Shown here piece after piece: positions 1 to 20,307 of a stretch of 64,000 nucleotides of DNA (position 1 is its first letter; each line of letters starts with the position of its first letter). Under the pieces are notes generated by a model. It did no database searches. It saw nothing but the letters and a program-made list of their open reading frames with translations, and had not been told where the DNA came from. Origin of the DNA: Trichinella spiralis (Eukaryota); NCBI RefSeq assembly GCF_000181795.1, contig NW_003526943.1, positions 1,421,647 to 1,485,646 of the forward strand, read 5' to 3'. The position numbers and the translations under genes were made by a program.

Positions 1-508
1 AGTTAACATCCGTACTTGATAAATTTCAACAGGCAACAAACTAATTTACAAACATTGGGAGCAAATTTATATATCAGGAGGGAAATCGGTACTAGACCGT
101 TGTTGTTGATGCTGTTGGCTAGTGAAAAATAAAAATCACTATTTAACTTCTTTTTTGTATTGTTATATATATATATTCTGAAGAATATTGTGAGACTCTT
201 TAGACAGATGTGTGGGTGGTTGTATAAGAAAGAGTAGTTGACTGTTGATGTCACAAAATACCAACACACACAAAAGATCACAAAAAATAAAATGATTAAA
301 AAATTATCTTTGAAATGTTTAATTTACGACATCTATATCAGATGATTGTTTCAATAAAACAGTTTAGTTAGTGTATATTGTTGCGGCATTGTAGTGACAT
401 TTTTATAAATTTCTGCTAAACAAAAGCAAAAAACATTTATTTATTTATTTATTTATTCATTTAAAAATATTCTCCATCACCGATAAATGAAAGTAATATA
501 TGTTGGAT

Positions 509-1913
509 TTATTGTTCGTCGTCATCGTTGCAAGAGTAAATTTTGACGCAGTGACTGCCGGCATCAGCTACAGCCACAAGTCCGTCACCGAACGCTGCGA
601 TACCTTGGGGACTTCGCAGCTTTGAAACGAACGGATCGACCATGCCCAGAGGTTCTCCTTGTGGACCAAAAATCTGAAAATCAAGTACACTTGATGGAAA
701 AAAGGTGGAAAAATTTTTTTTTTAATAAAGTGAACCGGACCACAATTCGATGCTGCATCCAATCGACCACATAGCTGCGATCGGCTAAGTCGACAGCAAT
801 GCCGACCGACGAGTAAATCGATGGAGCCGGCGGTGCTCGGTCCAGCACTTCGTCTCCGTACTTGCCGACAAAATTGAATCGATTCAAATCGAACATGCAA
901 ATTCGACTTTCGCTGCAATTGCTGACGTGCAGTCGGTTCCGACTGTCCATGGCGACGAACAGGGGATTTTTCAGCTTACAAGCCGGCTTTAAGACCATCC
1001 CACTCTGGCCAATTTTGACACATCGCTCCAGATCGTACCAGAAAATTTTCTGCCGGCCAGTGTCGACAACGACCAAACGATTGTTGCGGTCCACCAGCAG
1101 TCCGTGAGGTGAATGGAGAAAATCCCTACCGTATTCGGCGACCAATTCGCCAGTGGAGACGTTGACGAGGTTCACTTGGCTGCACTGTTTGGCAGTTATG
1201 AGAAAGTATCTGTCGCCTTGGCAGCTGCTGTCGCCGAAGCTATTTTCCAGCTGCCAGATGCCGAGAGGGCGTGGGAAGTGATCCGTATTTTTCCACTGCT
1301 CAACAAATCTGAAGTTGCGGTCAAACATTTGGATAGTTTGGTTGGAAACGTCCGAAACAACGAACGAACCGTCGGCCGTAACTTGGATATCCTTCGGCTG
1401 TTCCATCTGGCCGGGTCCGGTGCCGCGGCTGCCGAACTGGAATACAGAACGATAATTCAGAGGTGGAACACGGAGGCCACCGAAACGCAACCGATTCACG
1501 AAGCTGCGAAAGTAGGTGCCAAAGATGTTCTCTCCAAGGATCACCTGCTGGTAGTCGGTTGGAAGGTAGAGGGCTCGAATCATTATCGGGTTGATGTCGA
1601 TCTGTTGTTCTTGGAACCTGACTTCCATATGATACGTGCCGACCACAGTGGGCTTAAAGCGGACAGCGAACTGCCCTGTCTTGGAACGGATTCTGATTTT
1701 TCCCAGCTTTCGAACTTGGGACACTATGTCGTGGCGCAGTTCCGCTGTGAGATGCTCTATTAATTCTGCGTGGGGTAGTGATCGCAACCGGTCATTCAAT
1801 TCCAAAGGGACTTCCACAATGTTGCCTACGTAGCACATGTATTCTTCTTCATCCACATCACTCTCACAACCGCTGTCTGTAAACGACAAATTTGTCAAGT
1901 TCATTTCATTCAT
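509..1913 (-). CDS. Filamin/Ig-like + NHL-repeat beta-propeller protein (C-terminal half of a TRIM-NHL-like protein); exons 1913-741, 673-509
   Basis: Filamin-like segment (GQFAVRFKPTVVGTYHMEVRFQEQQIDINP) followed by NHL repeats (FGSRGTGPGQMEQPKDIQV, LHSPHGLLVD, LKNPLFVAMDS, SSVGIAVD). A phase-0 intron at 740-674 (gtccgg...ttttcag) restores a final repeat IFGPQGEPLG...LRSPQGIAAFGDGLVAVADAGSHCVKIY, ending at TAA 511-509. Confidence 0.85.
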
Positions 1914-3165
1914 ATTCTATAAGAAAAAAAACATAAATTATATATTCCGAGCTGAAAACAATAAAATAATATCTAGTATATTTAAAAAATGAAATAATTT
2001 ATATTGAAATAACCAAGATGAAATTACTGTTCAAAATTTGCCAACTGTTGATAAGAAGAAGATATCAGTGGTCTTATCAACTCAACTATTACAATCCCAC
2101 TGATTACACTTGAAAATTACAGGCAGAATTTTCTTGTCCAATAAAGCAAATAATACCTGAATCAACAAATTTCACACAACTCTCCGTAAACATGAAATTC
2201 TATTTAAAATTAAATATGGTTAAATTATTTTAAAAATTTTAAATTAATTTCTGTTTAAACAAACAATTTCAATTAAATAAAATTGAAGAACATCACCATA
2301 CTGTATATTTTTAGGAAAACCTATCCTTCCACTAAAGATATACAATTACTTCTATTTCAGAACTGTTATAAATAAGATAAATTTTTATGCTTTACAAAAA
2401 CAGCATTCAGAATAATACTATACTGATATTGAATAACTCGTGAATTTCTTTTCAAAAGTAGTAAATGAAAGAAAATAAAAGCATGAAATGAAAAATTAAT
2501 TGCCAAATTTATTTCTCTTCCACGCATCAACAGTTTGTCTACATATATCAACAACTTCATCAAAATCTCGGCTGAAGCTCGGCTTTGGAATAAATGAAAA
2601 GTTTAATATTTTGTAAATTCAGCAACATTTGAAAAGCCATATCATCATTATTATAAGGACATATTCAATTAAGACGTCTCAAATTATTTACTCACCCGAA
2701 AATAATTTAAACACGACTCGGTTTCATTCAACACATTCACCGCGAACAGTATTCAAAAAAATTAACAAATAAACATTTTACTTAAACGTGATCACTGTAA
2801 TGCTTTACAAAATAAATTTACATGCATACAACTTTTAATTTAAAAAATTGTCAACGCAGTTAAATCAGATAACCAAACTAAAAATAAATAAGAAAAGAAC
2901 TGTAAAATTTCAAAAAGTGAAATGAGATCAATTGCTTTCTGTTAGCTTACTGGAAACACATGCGTTACGATAATTTATTGGATGCAATAAAATTAAAATT
3001 TTAATATAAAAATTTAATATGTTAAATACTTTTAAATGTTGAAATAATGTTTTTTAAGCAAAATATGAAAAAAATCAAAAAAAATTTCTCGTATACTGTA
3101 ACATAGAATCAAGTACAATTGTAATTTTGTGACCGTATGGCAATTCGAAAAGTTTTGTTTCAGTG

Positions 3166-5127
3166 ATGGATAATTTCAAATGCGTTAGTTGCGGCGAACC
3201 TCTTGAACTGGATGAAACGGTGCTGAAACAGGATCAAGAACAATGCCAGAATCAGACTGCGGACGATTCGTCAAACAACAGTGCAGCACCGATTGTTCAC
3301 CGATACGAGTTGCCCAATTATTCGCTGTTTGTCGGTCCATCTTGTGGCACGTCGCTGGATTTATCCCAACTTCCGGATGTTTCGAGCAGTTCAGATGATC
3401 CCCAAGGAATTGGGACATTTTTCGCCTTTACTGACAAACTGCACAAGCTGGTCCACGACGACAATTCAGCTATTGAACATCCAATGTGTCAAAGTTGTGC
3501 AGACAGATTGTTGGATTATTTTGACCAAACATTAAGCGAAGCTGAACAAGAGTGCAGAGAATACAAGAAAATTCTCGACAGTCTCGACGCAGTGAACATT
3601 GATGCCGAAGCACAAGAAGCTCAACAGCATCTCGCCAAATTGAAAGTTCGTTTCTTTTTCATTGCCAATCCTTTTAAAGCTTGCTGTTTTCATCTTGGGT
3701 GCCAAATAAAACGACCACTTTTGACGAGACTTTTTTTGCTTTTGGAGAAATTGAACCTACATGCATATTTTGCGAACTTTGTCATTTTAAGATACTGTTT
3801 TATTTTTCACTTTAAGTAACGTCGAACACGAATTTCATTTACGAGAATTTTGTTCTTTTCTGACGTTTTATTTTTATGTAGCATTGTTTTTGAAATTTGT
3901 AAAACACTGATTTTCTACCTGAATTTATTTCAGTACTGTAAAAATGCACAGCAGTAGTTATCTTTTGCCATTTTCATTTAACTATTTAGTGTTTATATGC
4001 ATATAATTCAAATTTCCTTCAACGTTCTCACTAGTATTATCGTGGCACCTAATGATGAACCACTTTTGATGTTTACTGTAAGTGAAGATTTGCAGGTATT
4101 ATGTAATAAGTTGTAATTTTCAAATGGAACGTATTTGTGTACTTTTAAAAGGAGTTAAATTAATTTTGTTGTAACGAAATGTTCAGTTCTGCTTGCTAGT
4201 TTTAGAAAGATGAAGAAAATATAAAAGAAACACTAAAAGAGGTGCAACGTGTTGATCAAAATTTGGATTTGGAAATTGAAGCGGAGCAGAAAAAGCTCGA
4301 ACTATTGACTGAACAAGAGGCAAAACTGTGGCGTCGTTACAGAGACTTGAGAAGAAAAGTTTGCAAATAATTCATTTATTCATTCATTATTGTGTTGCAT
4401 TATCAACAGCAACAGTGATTTTCTTCGTTCCAGGTTCTCGATTTGGAGAATGAAAATTTGAGCGCCATGAATCAATACCATTATGCAAATAGTTGTTTGA
4501 AAAAATTGGAAGAGAGCAACGCGCTGAACATGACGTTCCACATTTGGCACAGTGGCCATTTCGGTACGATAAACGGATATCGGCTCGGACGTTTGCCGGA
4601 CCAGCCAGTCAGTTGGACAGAAATCAACACCGCTTTCGGTCAAGCGGCTCTTCTCATGCACACACTTGTCAAAAAGGTTTGCGAAATGGTGGAATTTTTC
4701 AAATTTTAAATAAACCACGATTCAGGCTGGTCTGAAATTGGAACGTTACGAATTGGTACCGTTTGCCAATTATTCCTATTTGGTTTGTCTACAGTCGGGC
4801 AAAGAGTTGCGACTGTACACCGACGGTGGTGTCAAGTTCAACTGGCATCCTCGTTTCGACCAAGCAATTGTCGCTTTTGTCGATTGTCTTTGTCAGCTTG
4901 AACAACGCATCCGGCAGCTGGTGGGCGTCGACTACAATTTGCCTTACAAGATGCGAGGGGATAAGATCGAAGACGGCGGCAATCAGTATTCGGTTCGAAC
5001 TCATTTCAACAGCGAAGAACGTTGGACCAAGGCGATGAAGTGCTTGTTGACCAATTTGAAGTGGGCTTTGGCGGCGATATTGCCCATCGAAGAATCCCAC
5101 ACTTCCTGCAGTGCGTCGTCCGTTTGA
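3166..5127 (+). CDS. bec-1: Beclin-1/Atg6; exons approx. 3166-3645, 4206-4358, 4434-4676, 4726-5127
   Basis: Motifs [14 protein letters not shown], coiled coil, [43 protein letters not shown], and [23 protein letters not shown] (BARA domain). All joins are GT-AG and phase-compatible. Confidence 0.95.
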
Positions 5128-6001
5128 AACTTAGCAGAATACATTTGGCCCACATTAATATTAACACAGTGGGAGAGAGAAGACAAAGAAACGAAAATTC
5201 GAATAATGCAAACAGCTCCTCCTCCACTACTAGCAGTATCTTCGTTCTTGTTTCTTAATTACACTACATACTATGATAATAATGCATGATACCACACAGC
5301 ATGTGTGTATTTTGAAAATCGTTCCGTCCCTTTTCCAATTGTATCGTCTGTCGATGGACAGCATAAATTGGAATGGATTTTTTTCCAAAAAAAAAACTTA
5401 AAAGTGCCAACTTGAAACAGTACGAATAAAAATGCATCTAAGAAACATAAATTTGTAATAACAACCTGTTACTTTCAAAAGATCGGTAAAAAACGATAGA
5501 TGATAAAGGAAAAAAGACGTGAAAAGGAGGAGATGAATAAAGAGAGAGAGAGTATAGAAAAAAAGCAGAAATATATAAGCATATTTTTTTATAATGACAA
5601 ACTATTACGCATTTTAAATCAAAAAGTCATCTGTATGTAAGTGAAAGGCGGACAGTGCATATCGATTATGTTTGTCTGATAAGTGTTCATTCATCAGCGA
5701 GAAACAGATAACTGCATCCATCCATCCATCCATTCATCTATCCATGTATACGTATATATATATATATATATACAGATACATAAATGAATAATTAAAAGTA
5801 TGAATAATTATAAAGAAATAAATATAAATAAATAAATAAATATATATATGCGCATATATACATACAGACATTAAGAAAATAATAATGAAGAAATATAAAA
5901 TTAAGCTAAAATAAAATACAATTTCAAAAAGCGCGATTCATTCCAAAGCGGGACGACGGTAAGTTGAAACAAAGAAACAAACGGAAAAACAATTTTGTGC
6001 A

Positions 6002-14544
<8,543 letters not shown>

Positions 14545-15706
14545 TTCTAAGTCAAAATGGCCTAATCAAGCTACACGAAAATTAATCAAATCACAATATT
14601 TTTTTTTAAAAGCGATCAATACAGACCTACAGTACTCCATTAACAATTATGCAGGTAAATTGTTCCTATTCAAAAATAGCACTTTATAGACAATTCAAAA
14701 TATAACAGCGTAAAAATTGAATGTTATTTTATTGCTTTATAAAACTGAAATATTTATTTATTTGAATTTTATGCAAAAATAAAGTTAATACATAAAAAAT
14801 TTATTTAAACAAATTTTCGCAAGCTAAAATAAATATATCACTGTGTAAATTGAAATAATGTTAATTAATTTCTTTTTAAAATTTATTTTAAAATTTATAA
14901 TAAACCAAATTTAGCAAATATCAGTGGGCTACGTTTCAAATTTGGGGCGTAATCACGTGCTAAAGACGTTGTTCAGGCTAATGAATATTTCTTTTACGTT
15001 AAATGTCTATTATTGCATATAATAGAATAATTTACTGTTTTTATATTGATTTTAACCTATAAAACTGCAAGCTTTGCTGTGCATTGCGAAAACAGAATTG
15101 TTTTTTCAGCATTGTTTCAGCAACACTTGAAAATTTACTGTAAAGAATTTTCAGCTTTCAGAAGACAAAGAAAAACTGCCAGTCATATATATATAATTTT
15201 AATATCGTCATAACTATTTGTTTTTAAAATTAACGATGGAAATTTTTCATTGAAAATTTGCTGGCTAATGTAATGAAAAACTTTTAGATTTTCAGTTTTA
15301 TTATGAAGTAAGTAAAAAAACTGAAGTTTAAATATTTAAAATCAGATCTCACAAACGTTGCCACTTGGAGCAGCGCAGTACATTATCTTTATACCATTTT
15401 CAGTACGTTATCCTTAAAACAAACGATAAGATCTGTGGGATAAACGATATGGCAACGTTGATGACACTCCAAAAAATAAAATTTTTGAATAATAAAAATT
15501 AATGTTTGTGTAATTTTTAAAATAAAATTCTTAACATAAAACATCCTGCTTATCACTCAGTTTGGTGTGTTTAAACAAGATCAGTCGTTAATAATTTCAA
15601 ATATAAAGTGTCATGATACAGTAAGACACATTAAAACTTTTTACTCAGTATTACTGTCGCCATGGTGTGTAGCTTTCTTATTTAGTAAATTGGTTTCAGT
15701 AATTAG

Positions 15707-16811
15707 ATGTTTTTGCCGTTTGATAAAGTAAAATTCGTCAGCGGTTCTGAAAAACAATCAATTAGCACTAGCAGTAAGGAGGAACAGTCGAATTCGTCTA
15801 CTCCAAACGGAGACGAAATCCGGCGATTTTATGTTGAGGAGCTACCATGCTGCTCTTCAGATTATAAAAATCGTCCGGACAAATTGTCAGCACATTATCA
15901 GGTCAAAGCCGCTCGTAAATATGTAGAGAGAAGATGTCAGCCTACCTGTTCCTCATCATCTCGATCGACAGCATTAAATCGGTTTTTCAAGGCAGCTAGC
16001 GAAGGCAACAACGATGCATTGTTGAGTTGCTTGTTGAAAGATCGGGTAGGAATTAACGAAACAGATGAATTCCGTTGGACAGCGCTGATGTGTGCCGCTT
16101 ATGCCGGTCATCTGAATACTGTGGTGTTTTTACTTCAGTATGGAGCAGAACCAGAAATGAAAAATCAAAGAGCAAAAACAGCTTCAAATTTAGCAGCCGA
16201 CAGTGGTCAGTTTCACATAGAAAAACTTCTCGAGGAATTTTTACGTAAGCTAATAGTAATTGAATTATTGCATTACTTCTTGCTGATAGCGGTGAGTTTT
16301 AGTAGAACGTCAACGGTTGCGGTTGTCTGTTTCAGACAGTCGATTCGCAGAAGCTTCTACTCCAGATATTACTGTTGATCAACAGATGGAAAATTTTTGC
16401 ACGTCTTGCAACCGTCCCTATTCCGATTCCCATCATCATACATCCACTGGTCACTTGTTTCAGACGTGGCGAATTGATTTGCAGCCATGTTTTTCTATCG
16501 ATTCTTCGAATATTGGTTACAAGATGATGGTCAAAAGTGGTTGGAAAGAGACGACGGGTCTTGGAAAAGAGGAAAAAGGACGTCACTACCCAGTGAAAAC
16601 AGCTTTGAAGAGGGATCGTTGTGGTCTTGGTTTGAAAAAGCAGAAATGTCGCATTAGTCATTTTTCCGCATTTGACAGTACCGCCGTTGTAACGGTGAAA
16701 AAGCCGTCAGTCCAACCCAATTTGGGCAAGAAAAGTGCATATTTGAAAAATGAGAGAGATCGTCATATTGCAAGAACATTTCGGCGCCAATTTTACAGTG
16801 ATATGGACTAG
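15707..16811 (+). CDS. GPANK1: Ankyrin-repeat and G-patch domain protein (GPANK1/BAT4-like); exons 15707-16244, 16336-16811
   Basis: Ankyrin repeats (INETDEFRWTALMCAAYAGHLNTVVFLLQYGA), C2H2-like FCTSCN...HHHTSTGHLF, and G-patch SSNIGYKMMVKSGWKETTGLGKEEKGRHYPVKTALKRDRCGLG. Phase-1 intron gtaagc...tttcag. Confidence 0.9.
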
Positions 16812-16932
16812 ATTGCGAAGAAAATGAACAAATAGACGTTGAGAACAGCGTATGGCAGGCAGAAAATCTGCAGGCGATCGCCATGAAATCATTTCAACAT
16901 CTCTACTGGATACTTAACGAGAAAACCATATA

Positions 16933-17620
16933 CAGTAATATCTCGCTTAAAGCTATTTTGCTATAATGCTGTTTTTTTGGCATGCCACGTGACTCATTTT
17001 TCTTCAAAGCGAGGAATTGAGCAAAGTATTTGTAACAGCACTGAAACGATTTTATATTACATCATGTTGCTTTAGTTATTTTATGCATCTTGTCAGTTAT
17101 TTAGGTAACTGGTTTGGAGTTTTTGTATTCTGTTATATTTAATACATTCTGTCATATATTTTTGCTATTCTCTGTTCATTATGTTGTTATGAAGGTGCTC
17201 AAATAATAATAGCTCAAAAATGCAGAAGAAAAGCATTTCTTTGGAAGTAAAACGGCAAGTATTACGTCGATTGGAAGCTGTTGAGCGTCAAGTTGACGTG
17301 GGTGCTTCTCTGAATTGGCAACGTTGACGATAAGAACAATTATGGAAAATGCGCATAAAATGCTCAAGTTCTCAGCGTCTATTATCTCAAGTTTTTCAAC
17401 AACAAAAGTATGCCATTCAAGAAGCCATGTATTTGAGGAAATGGAAAAAAGGCGCAAATATGCGGAACTGGACAACTGAAACCAGAAATATTAAAGTAAC
17501 AGTAATCCTGGTATGACGGCGAAGAGCGTGTCCTCATCGACATCGGGAAAGCGGAGTTCTAGCTTAATAGGGTTGGAAAGGCACCACTGAAATCAGAGCA
17601 GAAGCTGGGATTAATACGAT
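16933..17620 (+). mobile_element. Tigger/pogo-like DNA transposon relic, 5' part with frameshifted CENP-B-type HTH; right end approximate
   Basis: TA followed by the TIR-like CAGTAATATCTCGCTTAAAGC at 16933. From 17220: MQKKSISLEVKRQVLRRLEAVERQVDVGASLN, a frameshift, then ATLTIRTIMENAHKM...SRSHVFEEMEKR, typical of Tigger transposase N-termini. Confidence 0.8.
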
Positions 17621-18511
17621 CATACCTCTTACAAAAACAAAAAACAAAAAAATTTCTGTATGTTTTATTGTTATGGTACCCAAATGAAGTTTAAAAGAGA
17701 TGCTAAAATTTAGCGCAGCTGAAAATGGGCGTGAAGTCAATTTTCTATAAAGCTGATGAATACGTCAGAAGTGCTGGACAATGTTCAAATAAAAAATCAA
17801 GAAAATCCCGCAAGCCAGATCAAAATCGATCCCACTTTAATCATCGGAAGGATAAATTATTAATTTCTGAGCACCGTCATGCCATAGAAATGCCGAGGCA
17901 GAAATTAAAACTATATCTCAATAGTAATACTGGTCTAAAATTTCAGCAGCGGCGTGGACGCTTTCCCAAATGAACTCAATGTCATTTTACTTAAAATATT
18001 GAAAAATAAATTTAATACAATTTGCACAAAATTATTAAAACCCATTTGTTTATTTGTAAATGAATTTCCAGATTTTTATTTTTTATTTAAATGAAACATA
18101 AGAAGAGGAGTTGGCTAATGAGAGAAAAAGAAACATTGGAAAGATGAAAGATAAAAATTTTATTCTAAATTGGAAACGTTTTCAGAGAAGAGTCAAGCTG
18201 AAATCAGAAAAATATTTTGATACTAACATTCAGCAATCATCACTGCTAGTTTTGGCTGACAATTGCAGCTGTGGACAATTTATCACTTGTAGATTTTCTT
18301 TTCATTCTTGAATAGCCTTTTGCTGCTTTGCAGAACAATATCTGATAAACAGTTAAGAACCTTAGGGATAAATCTCATTTAGATGGTTATTTGCTAGCTA
18401 AGCAAGTAATTTATCTGACGAGTGAAAGCAGCTGCTGGGTGACATTTTTTTTGAACAGTATTTAAATTCTCAGATAGAAAAAAATTTCCTAGCTTGTTGC
18501 TAATTTTTGCG

Positions 18512-18640
18512 ATGGCTAATATTCCTGAGTTACGTCTTGTAACAAATCGTTTTGGTGACACGTCCCTTGTGTACGAAGGCAGGGCGTACAAATTGAAATA
18601 TACCGGCAAACGGGTAAAAAACTCAAGGTGTTCTAAAGTA
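18512..18640 (+). mobile_element. Truncated FLYWCH zinc-finger fragment, probably a MULE-associated transposon relic
   Basis: MANIPELRLVTNRFGDTSLVYEGRAYKLKYTGKRVKNSRCSK resembles the first half of a FLYWCH domain, with S at the position of W in WRC. The sequence degenerates immediately afterwards. Confidence 0.65.
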
Positions 18641-19489
18641 TGTACTTTGAAAATATTCAATATGTACTTTGTTATTAAGAATTAATAATTTCATTTAGAA
18701 AAATTAACTTTCAAAAATAATTAAGCGTCATTTGGCTACCATAACAATAAAGCAGAAATTTTTAAAAATCATATCACAAATTCTAATCACTAAAAGTGCA
18801 AAGTGGAAAAAAGAAAATAAACAATGAAGAAAAAAAAATAATGAAAAAATTCTACTGTGAAATTGGTGACGTCACTGATCAAACACTAAAAAAGATCATA
18901 TGTTTGAATGGTTATGTAATTAAAAATTTAGAAAAATGAAATGGACAGTTGGCTTCCAAATTTCAGTAAAACTGATTCCCGAAAGTGAGAGAAAAAGATT
19001 TTCATTTTACCACTTTTCTGTTGTTTTCTGTGCTTGATTTTGTTCTGATTCCTCTTATCTGCGTCGTGTCTGACGAGTTACATTTAGTTTTAAACTTTTG
19101 AACTAATTATAATTCAGTATATTAAGGAAGAATTTACAACTTGAAACATACACATATTGACATTAAACAGTAATTTTGCCAATCGGTATATAAATCTAGT
19201 ATTTGAAAATTGTTCACAACAACATTGGCGGGATACGGCTGTGCGCGTGATCCTCTGCCTGGTTGAAATATGAGAAAGGGTATTCTTGCTCTGGAATATC
19301 CCTATCGAAGATACGCCAGAATGTTTTCACGAAGCCAGGAGCAGTAAGACGAATCATTACACACGCTAAGAGCTTTTCTAAAAGTGGAAGTTCAATAAGG
19401 GAACTGTAAAATTCAACATCCAGAATATTTCCCACATCAAAGCCATTTTCATCGAATACAGCGTGACAGTGATTTTGAATTTTTGAATG

Positions 19490-20000
19490 CAGGAATACCC
19501 CGCTCAACGCCATGTCGCAATAACGCAATTTTTTTTGATATGCACGTAAGTCTTTTTTCCTTAAAGTGAGAAATTTGGCTACATATTTTTAGCAGTACTG
19601 AAATGATTTTATTACATCATGTTGTTTGAGCTACTGAATACATACTATTAATCATTGACGATAACTGGTTTGGATTCTTTAAGATTTCATATATTCGCAT
19701 ATATATTTTTGTTGTGCTCTTATCTTTTATTATCTCAAAACGAGGGTCTTAGCAATGATGACTTGAAACAACTGACAGAATGATGCACTGTTAATAAATC
19801 GACAGTCGTTGATTCAAAAGGGGATATAACTGTGAGAATTCTAACAGCTGAATTCCTCAAGAACAGCATCACCACCATTACAGAAATCATGGACAAGTTC
19901 ATATTCCAGTTATGAGCGGAGCTCCAAAGCAAGACGAAATTTTCTTGAAATGATATCTTGTTATCAGGAAATTCTACATTAGAAAAAACGTGAAAGCGAC
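19490..20000 (+). mobile_element. Second Tigger/pogo-like relic: TIR and 5' leader fused to the transposase C-terminal remnant; right end approximate
   Basis: TIR-like CAGGAATACCCCGCTCAACGC at 19490. Segment 19596-19735 aligns with 17039-17180. It is followed by SQNEGLSNDDLKQLTE*...LTAEFLKNSITTITEIMDKF and, frameshifted, SYERSSKARRNFLEMISCYQEILH*KKR, resembling Tigger transposase C-termini. Confidence 0.75.
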
Positions 20001-20307
20001 ATTGTTTTTGTTAAACTTTGTGCTTTTATCCGTAAAGTTTTCGTTTAGATTTTAATTCTGCTGTTTAATTTTTTGTTGATTTTACGAATAAAAAAGCAAA
20101 TCAATTGAACAATATTTTTCGTGCCGAAAGTTTATTTAATTTAATGTTTAAGTTGAGTAAAGAATAAAATATAAGAGCCTAAATTTAGCATCACCACCAC
20201 TGACGCGGAAAACAAACGGCGGCTGCTACGACGTGTGAAAACAAAAGTCAATTTATGCCATTTATTAATTTGATCGCTGATAGGCATCATCAAAATTCCT
20301 TGAATTA

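Noticed and set aside
1113..1763. 216-aa plus-strand ORF
   Set aside because: Antisense shadow of the GC-rich NHL coding exon, with no recognisable motif.
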